From NCBI GenBank assembly GCA_030141605.1, contig JAQGDQ010000456.1:88672-152671 (forward strand): a stretch of DNA of 64,000 bases. The letters run 5' to 3'. The position numbers were made by a program, and so were the translations under genes. Origin of the DNA: Tubiluchus corallicola (Eukaryota; Animalia; Priapulida). Each line of letters opens with the position of its first letter. Position 1 is the stretch's first letter. Under the pieces are notes generated by a model, which was not told where the DNA came from, did no database searches, and was given only the letters and a program-made list of their open reading frames with translations. Of the stretch, positions 1-11,000 are shown one piece after another.

Positions 1-84
1 ACTATCTGACATGTATATACTGTATTGTGTTTTGCCAATGTACATTATAATCATGTATTTGAGCAATAAATTGAAATTGAATGG

Positions 85-468
85 AAAATATGAAAACTAA
101 AAGTAGCCATTATGTTTCTCCGTAGATTATGAATGAATTGCAGGACTCAAGCATGGCCAAAGCATTTTCAAACAAAGATCTATATGAAAAAATAAAAAGA
201 TGCCGTTTAAGATGGATTGGACATATGCTTAGACTACCTTATGATAAGCCAGTGAAGATAGCTCTTCAACAAGCCATAGAAACAGCTAAAAAACCTGCAG
301 GAGGACAAATGTTAACATATTTAGCTTTTGCACAGAAAGATTTAAACACTTCAGCATTGATCCTTAGAAATAAATCCACTTAGGGCATTGCGGTGAGCAG
401 GGAGTCCTGGCATAGGGAGGTGAACAGAATCATGTCACTGGACGTGTGATTCATTGGATGATGATGAC
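85..468 (+). mobile_element. RTE-clade LINE 3' fragment
   Basis: ORF 129-383 contains RLRWIGHMLRL..KP.K.AL; a frameshifted continuation reads AVSRESWHREV; (GAT)n tail at 457-467. Confidence 0.75.
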
Positions 469-1210
469 TTAAGCCTTTTGTTTGCAAATATAATGCAAAT
501 CAGCGACGAATTATTTCAGTAATTTTCCCACATCAATACGGATGTCAGTAAGTAATTAAATTACAGATATATCAAATTTATGAATTTGTCAATAGTTAAG
601 TATCATTTCATCTTTATTTTTCGTGTTTTATGTGAAATTGTACACTTAATTTAAGCCTGAATAATCTTATGATGAAAAGTTTCTCAATCTTTGCACAGCA
701 TTAAAAGTAACAAGCATTTGCAGCATAAACTAAATTGTAAATGCTGTAGTTTGTTGGCTTCTGTACTAGAAATAACCTTCATCAGTTTACCGAGTTCCTC
801 GTCTCTCAGAAATGAAGCCAGGTTAAACCAACATTTATTGAAAAACATTTCTGACCAGTTTATTAAAGAGCGATGCTAACATTCACTAGCAAAATAATAG
901 TTTTGTTCAAGTTATAATAGACGAAAATGTCCTATAGCTTGTTTAGAGTTACATGAGCATAGGTTTTGTACAACATACACGTATGAAAAGCTAGCCGTGA
1001 GTCAAACTCGTTTACATCTAATAAACTATGTAAATATTATTAAGTACAAACAATTACACAGCTGTCAATATTATCAATACAGTAAATCTAAATAAATACT
1101 TTTTCTATACTCACATGAACCAAAATAAAAGGCACACTTTCATTTTCCCCTTAATACACTACCATAAATAATATTACTTCCGGCTTATATTAAATAGATT
1201 TCTGGTGCGA

Positions 1211-1858
1211 CCAATAGGTGGCAGCGCGATAGTTCAGTCAATTAAGTTACGGGCAACGAATAATTTATCCACGGATAACAACTCTATCGAATATTATAAA
1301 ATAATTTTACATAAATATTCACATTAGTATAAGTAGCTTTATACAATATAATAGTTGCCTATTCTACATACTGACAGTTTATACATTAGACACCTTTAAT
1401 GTATCGAAGAAAGTTTTCTCCACGAAACATCACACACTCGGTGATATATTAGAGTCAGCGCTCCATAGAAAAATAACTTAGTTTATTCACAACACTTGAT
1501 TTTGGTCCTCAACCAGGCTGACCATTGACCAGTAACTGACCGACAAGTATTTTTTTTTATTTTCGACTGACACTGTTAAACAAATCTACCACTAGAAGTC
1601 AGCACCGACGCGCTGCTAAGAGAGGTCGACACTGACTACGCGTATCCTTGTAGGCAAATTCGGCCGACTCCAGCAACGACTCGCGTTGTCCCAGTGTATT
1701 TTCAAGCCGCCACAAGATGGCGGCACTGTCCAAATATATTGAGAACTACCACAAGGGGTCAGCACTATGACACAATTTACTTTAACACAATTTCGACATG
1801 GCATTAAAGTCGCTTTCACTGCCAATTAAGTTAATTAATCTGCCGCTAGATGTCAGCA
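1211..1858 (+). promoter_or_regulatory. Cluster of five co-oriented CTCF-like motifs
   Basis: CCAATAGGTGGCAGCG 1211, CCACTAGAAGTCAGCA 1589, CCACAAGATGGCGGCA 1710, CCACAAGGGGTCAGCA 1749, CCGCTAGATGTCAGCA 1843. Confidence 0.5.
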
Positions 1859-1882
1859 CAGACTAGCATTACGAGGTTCAGC

Positions 1883-2056
1883 TTAAAGCACCGTTTCACT
1901 AGCTATCTCCTCGCGACTACGATTGCGAGCGTACGCTCGATGATCTGACGTGTGATCACTAGAATAAGTCCGATCTGTCTCGTAGTTATTTTCGCTGTCT
2001 TTTTCTGGTATAACATGATTTTCGGGCTTTTCGTCGTATTTATCTATTGCATCAGT
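1883..2056 (-). CDS. EGF-ligand terminal coding exon ending SETVL*
   Basis: Acceptor gattttccag| in phase 0, matching the donor at 5826; open frame to TAA; class I PDZ-type C-terminus. Confidence 0.78.
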   Translation of the reverse strand, partial: TDAIDKYDEKPENHVIPEKDSENNYETDRTYSSDHTSDHRAYARNRSREEIASETVL

Positions 2057-5000
2057 CTGGAAAATCAATACAAAGATTCGTTAGCTCCAAAATTAGCACT
2101 TCCCTAATAGATTTGAATGCAATCGAATATAATGAATTCTTCAGAAAAGGGAATATCCCGCAATTGTCTCAGTTTAATTCAAATTTTTTTTTGTACAGAA
2201 ATGCCAAGCAGCTATATGTGAGCTGTAGCCCATCTTAACATTGTCTGGTCTAGTCTATAAGTTGTATCCTAACCTTATAGGACCCGGATAAATTTGTTTA
2301 TTGTATGGGAAATCCTGAAATATGTAAACTGTTCAGATCAACTTTGAAATGTTAGACAAATAGGGAAAATTAATATATAAATAACATGAAGGTAAATCAC
2401 TTACTATTTCAATAGTTTTAATTTCAGTAATTTCTGTTTTTTTGTTTAATTGAAGTGCAATGTATTTTGCATCTTAGTAAGACACATTTTGGTACTTTTC
2501 TTACAGTAATTTAACTATGTGAAAAACTGGTAACACTTGATTCAAAGCTGAGCTTCCACTTGATAAAGACTTTTATTATTTAAATTATGATCTGGGCTTG
2601 GCGAAAGAAAAAACGCTAAAATGTCAGCTTCCACAATCTATTACTGGAGTTTAAAAATAGGAGTTTTTTACCATTACAGTACTAGTTTCTAGCCAGCGAA
2701 ATGGGTATGGTGTTATAAAATTAGATTTTTAGAATTTTTTAGACATTTTCTTGACAATTTGAAGTTAGAATATTAAAGTCAAATGTATTCACGGCTTGTT
2801 TTAATATAAAAAATAGAGATTTGAGCAAATTTTTGATGCATTCTATTTGAAGCATCATAAGTAGTTTTAACTATGCCGACTTATGGAAATTTTTTTGGTT
2901 TGTTTTTTGGTTTGGTTTTTTGGTTGTGTTTTTTGGTTTGGTTTTTTTGGTTTGTTTTTTGGTTTGGTTTTTTTGGTTTGTTTTTTGGTTTGGTTTTTTT
3001 GGTTTGTTTTTTGGTTTGGACAATTATTTTGAGTCATAACTAGTTTACTATGCCGACTTATGGACTTATTTGGTTTGTTTTATGACTTATGGACAATTCT
3101 ATTTTGAGTTTGTTTTTTGGTTTGGTTTTTTTGGTTAACACTATGTTTACTTTGAAGCATCATAATGTAGTTTTAACTATGCCGACTTATGGATAATCTT
3201 TGTATCTAAAATGGAGGCATTATGGCTGCAAGTACACATTTGTGCAATTCTGTATAAAAAATCACAGTAAATCAGAGTTTATCAACAGCCTAATGTAATC
3301 TTCCAATGAATTCATGCAGTTTACACGCCTCTCACACATCTCTCTACACAGCTTGCACATCAGTTCTATTTCGGTCACTGAACCTGTACACGTATTAATA
3401 TTTCAACGCCCACCTTAATGAATTATTAACATAGGTATGCGTATAAACAGGTAAGTAACAATACCTGTAATCAATATACAGGTATGTTTGTATAAATGAC
3501 AACATAGCTGGGTCGTTTAAACAATCCTGTTCATTTGATCATTTAGTTGCTATAGTAATGCTACCTGTAACAGCATCCCGCTTAAAGCACAGGAAAATCC
3601 TTCATAAACATAAAGCTTGAAAAATTCGTTTTGAAATTTTATATCACTTACATACTGCCTTTTTACGTGCAGGACTTCAGTCGGCAGTCACGCTGTATAA
3701 AACATCTAAATTTAAACTCCCGCGATGACCGTTAGACGCAGCCATTTTCACGACAGGTCATTTGAAGCAAGTTTAGATAACATTTGTAAAGTTTGAAATA
3801 ATAATCAGAGCATTCGTAGCGCGCAAGTCACTAACTAAATATAATTTAAAATTACTGCATCTTGTCAATAAGATTAAAAATACGTTTTTGGTTAGTGAGT
3901 GGTGCACCCTGGAGGGTGAGTCAGGGATATTTTACCAATTGGTGAAAATATTTTAAATAATTAATAATTTTCTTTTCTAGTTACATAAGTCTTTCTAGCA
4001 GGTAAGTAAAAATCTAAGTAACACAGATTTGCACGGAAAGTCTTTTCAGAGATAATTCAACATTGCCTTTTCTTCCCTTGATTTACGTTTGGTACATGAC
4101 GTCATGTAATGGAGTCATCGGAACAATATTGCGGGAGATTTAAAATGAAAACAAACTAAAATTCCTTTCAGTGTGAATACGATATGTGCATAAAATTGCT
4201 ATAAAGTAACATAATTTTTTGAGGCGATTTTTCTGAAGCCTACTTCGGGTACCCCTTTTCTTGTCCTTTAACGCAATCACTAAATTGTCTCGTGGTGCCG
4301 TCATCCGGGTACTCTAAGCAGACTGGTTGTAATTGGTTTGGTTGTGGAGGGACCAAAACGTACCTCTTTATAAAGGCTAATCCACAAAAATTAAAAATAG
4401 GTTGTTTTCCAGGTGTCAATGTCACAAAATATGTTACTTCAAAATTTAATGAGAGAAAAAAAGCAAAAGAGATCCAACTGCCTCGTGAAGAGACACGTTA
4501 ATCGTACGTCAACGGATACAACACATGGTCAAACCTCATTATAACGTCCCCTCTTTATAATGTCAACCTCACGTAACACCCAATATTTGCCAAGATAAAA
4601 TATCCGCAGTGCATAGACAGTAAATGTATCTCATTATAATGAAAACTTTTTACACTCTGAAAGCAGGCGATTAAAATTAGTCAGTTATTTGAAAATGTGG
4701 TTAAATTTTAATTAAGCCTCACTTACATATTAAAATTATGCAATGGCGGCTCATGTCTAGGTACTGTGGAACTGCAGTGCCCCCTATTTTCACACAATAT
4801 TATCGATAATATTCTTTTTTCTTTAATTCTTTCTTTATACTTGTACGGACCTAAAGCACGCGATGGTAGCACTGTTTGCTTCACAGCCCAGCACAGTGCG
4901 CTCCACCAATGCGGTGTTTGGCTGTTATTCGCATGCGGCCATGCGCACATGTCAGAGCCCAGATAGAGAAAGTACTGTCGCTCACACAGTTTGTTGTCAG

Positions 5001-8000
5001 TTGTCATGTGCTTACCGTGAATGGATCAAGTATAAACTGAGACAATTTAGACGTACTAGAAACCAGAAAATATTTTTTTGTTCAGGATTTTATCAAGTTA
5101 ATGTATAAATTTGCATATATTTGTTTGTTTGCAATTACAACATTAAAAATGCACGTGTTTGTTTCACACAGTATTAAAAAATGGCTAAAAATTTTCTGAA
5201 GCTGCAGCCCCAATGACTTTAACTACAAGTTGCCATAGAAATGATTCATGGACTGTTGTGTTTTGTTTCTCTCGGAAGGCTCGTAGAGAAAACCAGAAAA
5301 CACTTCGTGAAATTAAACTGGTTTATTAAGCGAGAATTCTACAACACAAGAGTATGAAGGAACGCGAAATGATTACAGTAAACGTGAAAATCTGGAAAAC
5401 GTTTGAGTGTATCTGAAAATACAGGTATACAAGAGAATGCGTAAGTGGCGTCCGTGTGAATCTGCGTGTGTCTCTCAGCGGCCTGCTTCGCCTTATATGG
5501 GGTGCCAGGGAACATTCTAGACGTTTCTTTCTAGAACATTCTACAAGGTAAGACGATTATTCTAATGGAACATTCTACAATGTTCTATTTAATTCTAATA
5601 GATGCCAGCGATCCATACATTATAACTTTAAAAATGCTACTTCTTGATTGAAAATCTACAATACAAACTAATTGACATGATTGGGGAAAGCTATCGTTAG
5701 AAATACCTCAATATTAACCAATTTTTTGAGTTTAGCGTATATGTAGTGAACAATGACGTACCAAGTCAATTCATTAAACTCCGTAACTGTGTTTTTCTTG
5801 AATTGAAATGGCTTAATGATCTCACCTTGTCAATTCGAGACGCTGACATAGAACTGCTCTTAGAGGTGGTGCCACTAAATGGGCGTCGGTCACTCGTCGA
5901 GGAACACTCCGACGGATGCATCGTTCGATATTTCAATTTTCGTCGTTGCCTAAAAAGCGAAATTGAAATTTGACGAGTCTCTTAAAGCTCATGGAAACAA
6001 CAAACCATCTTGTAAATCAGATGATAAGATTAAACTGCATTTCATTAAATATATAAAAGAAATATATGTATGCTTTGCATAGCAAAATCGTCCGTAAGTC
6101 GGCTGTTAAGCTTTTCTAGTTATTCACATATCCTGAATCTCCATTTCATGAGGATCATTCTGATACCAAGTTCACCACTCTATGTTAATTCTAGGCTGAG
6201 ATAATCCATGTTGAAGTTGCGGTGCAGGCTACGTACTGCAGCTCACTGTTTAAGTCAGCCATTGTTTTTTGTCGCATTTCTACAAACGTTAGTTGCTACA
6301 GACTTTGCAAGAACACACTGAAGTTATGTTCAAATCCAGTAGATGGCTCTCCCTAATCAGGCCTTGAAAATAGAAAAAAACAGAAGCAAAACGACTCTTT
6401 CCATGAGCTATAATTGGGGTTTGAAAATACAAGTTTTTGAAAATGCAAGTTTTTTAAAATTACATTACTAGTTTCTAGCCAGAGAAGGGGAAAGAGTTAT
6501 AAAATTAAACTCTTAGTATTTTTTGAACATTTTCTTGATAACTTGATGTTCGAATATAAAAGTCCAATATATTTCACGTCTGTTTTAATAAAAAACAAAA
6601 AATGACATTTTACCAAATTTCTGGTGCATTCTACTTTGACGTATCATAACGTAGTTTTGACTATGCCGACTTATGAACGATTTTGTTTTGCAATCACACA
6701 TACATTAATCATAACGTAGTTTTGACTATGCTGACTTACGAACGATTTTGTTTTGCAATCACACATACATTAAGTTTCTTTTAACATACATTAAATATAA
6801 AAGAGAAAATATTTTACTTTAAAAGGAGTGCTTTTTTGTACTTTACAGAACACTGTACAAACTAGGAGTTACAATGCAACACTGATATTAATAAACTTTT
6901 ATACTAAAATATAATATTGGGTTCTTAAGTTCTAGTTAGCAGAATAAATAAATAAAAAACTAAAAAAATCTGTAAAATCAGAAAAGTGGTCTGTATGCTT
7001 CAACTACATTTACTGAAAATGGCTCCATTTCTGTCGTGTATGTGTACTTGCAAACCAAAACCGTCCATAAGTTGGCATAGTTAAAACTACATTATGATGC
7101 TTCAAAGTAGAAAGCACCAAAAAATTTTTAAATGTCGATTTTTTATTTTTTATGAAAACAAATGTTAAATATATTGCACTTTTATATTCCAACATCAAGT
7201 TATCAGGAAAATGTCCAAAAAATGCTAAGAATCTAATTTTATAACTCCTTACCCACTTTTCTAACTAGAAACTAGTACTGCAATTGTTAAAAACTTGAAT
7301 TTTCTAACTCCACACTTTCGTACAGTTGCTAAGTGTTTTGTAGAAATGCAACAAAAAACAATGCCTAACTTTAACAGCGATTTTCTCAAGATTATGTTTT
7401 TCAGTGCGCAGCCTGCACCTCAACTTCAACGTGGATTATCTCTGCTTGGAAATAACATAGAGCGATGAACTTGGTATCAAAATGATCCTCATGAAATGGA
7501 GATTCAGGGTACGTGAATAACTAGAAAACTTAAGTGCCGACTAATAGACGACGCAAGCACACATATATCAAGCGGAGAGTGCTTATTTGTTTTATAAAGT
7601 TAGCAAACAAGAATAAATTAAACATCTAACTGCTAATTTTGAAAAAGTGATACTACTATATAAAGAAAGACTAGCTATAGCTGTAAATGTTTAATGTCGT
7701 ATAAAAAGAGAAAGAGCGAGAACGTAGAGATTACAACAAAATCAGTTTAACACACTTACCTGACATATATTACAATTCCTATAGTGACGCTAACAACAAT
7801 TAAAATAAGGAATGCAATGCCACCAGCAAGACCAGCCGCTTCAACCCGTCTTTGTGCTGATTTTACTGAAAGACAAAAAAAACATGATTGCGATCAACAA
7901 GAAAAACATCATAAACTAATGCAAAGCGTAGAAAAGTACGGAGCACTTGCAGTGCCAAAATTGTGAAACTCACAAAATGCTGACAACAGGGGGAGGGGGG

Positions 8001-11000
8001 GGTCACACTCTTGCGGAATTGTTCTACGACACGGCATAGGATAAAGTAAATTTTTCATTTTCAATATTTTAAAAAAAACTCGACATTTTTCTTTGGTACG
8101 GTCACGATGTTTGTGATTTTTACTTAGTATGGTGCAGGTGGTGCAGAGTAAACTCGAAATCTATGGTGCAGGTGGTGCAGAGTAAACTCAAAATCTAAAA
8201 ATTAAAGCTAAAGAAACGCAAGTTTTATTTAGTTCAGAAAAAAATCACAAACATATTAGTGGAAGCAACAAAGCGTTGAGCCGAAAAGAATTAAAAAAGG
8301 AAGGAGTAAAAAACTGGCTTCGCTTATATATAAGTGAATTCCTGAAACAGGGGCGCACCGTGTCAAATTCTTTACGCCAAACGGATTAGCCAAATCATGT
8401 TCTAACGAACTTGCGAAAGTCACAGATTGAAACCTGGCTGTCCTCAACATGGGCCTTTTCCTTGATGTTTTATGACAAAAATTGATCGTGTGTCAGAAGA
8501 CTAGCAGATTGTAAGAGCAACGGTGTGCGCCGTATTCACAGACGAGTTAGCCAAATATTTATTGCAATAACAACATTAGCACAATCCACTTTGTCTACCT
8601 AGTACAATGTTAGTGAAGTTAAATGAATTTATTTCAAATAACGTTTTTTTAGCAAAAACAATTATGCATTACGTATGCGACTTTACGTAATTTATGGAAT
8701 ATTACATAATTTTAACAACAAAAAAGACAATTCTATTGACACACGTAGAAAGAGGCATAGTAAAAATAAGCAGAAGAATGAAGACTTTGAGATTGCTCAA
8801 CTTGCAACAATGGCGCAGTTGTTTCAACATGTTGTAACCACAAACTTATTTCTTTTACAAAACTTATTTACAGAAATCATATAAAGTTCATGTAATAATG
8901 TAATAATCTGTAATAATGTAATAATACAGTAATAACACTTACTGTAATAATCATCGGGCAGATCTTTTAGTTCACACCTTCGCCCCGTCCAGCCAGTCGG
9001 ACATCTAAATTAAACATTTCGTAGATTTTAATTTATTTAATCAACAAAGAATAGTGAAATGCTGTGATAATACTCATTATACTACAGAAAACAAATCATT
9101 TTGATTGGTCACATGGCTTGTAAGAATCAATCAATCAGAGTGGTATGACACTAATTAAATATTCACTGGCAGCGGCTATTAAATTCATTTGAAATAAATT
9201 ATGGAAAATGATTAACAACTCGCATAAAGCACATATTTCCGGGTTTATGTTTATGTGAGCTGATCACGGAAACTTAATTACCCGACGTCATTAATTTTTA
9301 TGTTAATGAAGCAATAAGCAATGAGCAATTAATAACAGAGCTATTTAATGAAACAATCATCCATCCAAATATCATTAAAATTGTTAATTACAGTGCAAGG
9401 CCACTATAATTTATGAATGCCACTGTAAGATTGACAGTATGTAAGGCATTCCACAGGGAAGCAACCGGGGACCATTACTATTCAACATTTTTATAATGGA
9501 TATAAGACAGCTTTATGTGGTAGTTCCACAAGGAAGCAACCTGGGTCCAGTGCAGTTTAAGCATTTTTATAATGCATGGAACACAGCATTATGTGGCAGT
9601 ATCATAAGAAAGCAACCTGGGTCCAGTGCAGTTTAAGCATTTTTATAATGCATAGAACACAGCATTATGTGGCAGTATCATAAGAAAGCAACCTGGACCC
9701 AGTGCAGTTTAAGCACTTTTATAATGGATGGAAGACAGCTTTACGTTGTTAATTAGCAATGAATGTAGAAAGAAAAACTAGTTACCAGAAACAGATTAGT
9801 GAAGATTAAAACACAATAAGTAGTGGTATGTAGTAAACACTAAGCTCACTCTTATGGCTATTACTGATGAAATTAAGCAGGTTATTGCTCTAGGTAAGCC
9901 TGGTAGTTGTTTAAATCACGTTTCAACACCACCGTTCAAAAATACAGGCCACTCAGCAGGAATACACGGTAGACACGACAACTCATGGCTGTTTAATTTA
10001 ATTATCAGAATGTCTCTCTGATGATTCAATGACTGTGCATAAAAACTTATTTTGCTTATGTCTGTTATTAGTAAAGTACCAACAGGGAACTTTCTGTTGA
10101 GTGATGGATATAGAACAATGTAAAAGAGAATGTGTACTCTAAACCTCAAACTAATATGGTTTGTGACAATAAGCCTTTTCACAGTTCCAGCGATTGATGA
10201 TGATCGTGAAAAGGTCAAACGTTAAGTGTACCAGACAACGCATTTGTGTACACTTGACAATGCCTCACAGCCAATGCTATTGTAATAGTAACAGTTTTAA
10301 CAGGTAGCTAGAGCCTTACCTAGTTCATTTTTTCTTGTTCTCAAGCAAGATCCTGCTAGTAAATCACTCTATGCAGAGACTAATGCATAATTAAGTAAAG
10401 TTTATGTAAAACTACTGAACTGATGCTTTGCTTTACCCAAACAAGATCCTGCTAGTAAATCACTCTATGCAGAGACTAATTCATAATTAAGTAAAGTCCA
10501 TGTAAAACTACTAAAGTTACTACACTGACACATTAGCCGTGGACACAACGAAACTGCGAAAAGGCTTATTCTCTTTAGTCAAAATGCAGATTTACAGAAT
10601 CACTGTTAAATGGTAAGTACATAAAAAGACACTGTAAATGTATTCCGAAAATTCATGCAAGTTAACTACTCTGACCATTAACGACAGAATCTTTTTCCCT
10701 CACAAACATGCAGCTAACAACATGCTGTCTCAGAGCTAAGCAAACTGCTTGAATAACAAGCAAATCTTCTCATAGTAGACCTGAGCTAATTTCATCAACA
10801 GAGTTACCATAAGCATGAGCTCTCAAAGACTCTAGTCCCGACAAGAAGAGGAAAAGTTGGAAGAAAGGTGAGAATCGGAAGCATTCATGCAGAGATGCTA
10901 TATGAAAGTCTACTGCCAATACAAAGCACTAACAGGAGAGAAACTAAAGCTCACTATAGTATTGAAGAAAACTAAAGGTAGATCACTAAAATTGAATGCA

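Noticed and set aside
3645-3750. Strong minus-strand donor gtaagtg with an upstream acceptor
   Set aside because: All three frames of the candidate exon contain stops.
4240-4380. Possible extra cytoplasmic exon of the ligand gene (RYVLVPPQP...GYPK)
   Set aside because: The available donor sites are phase 2 and cannot join the phase-0 terminal exon; not needed for an open model.
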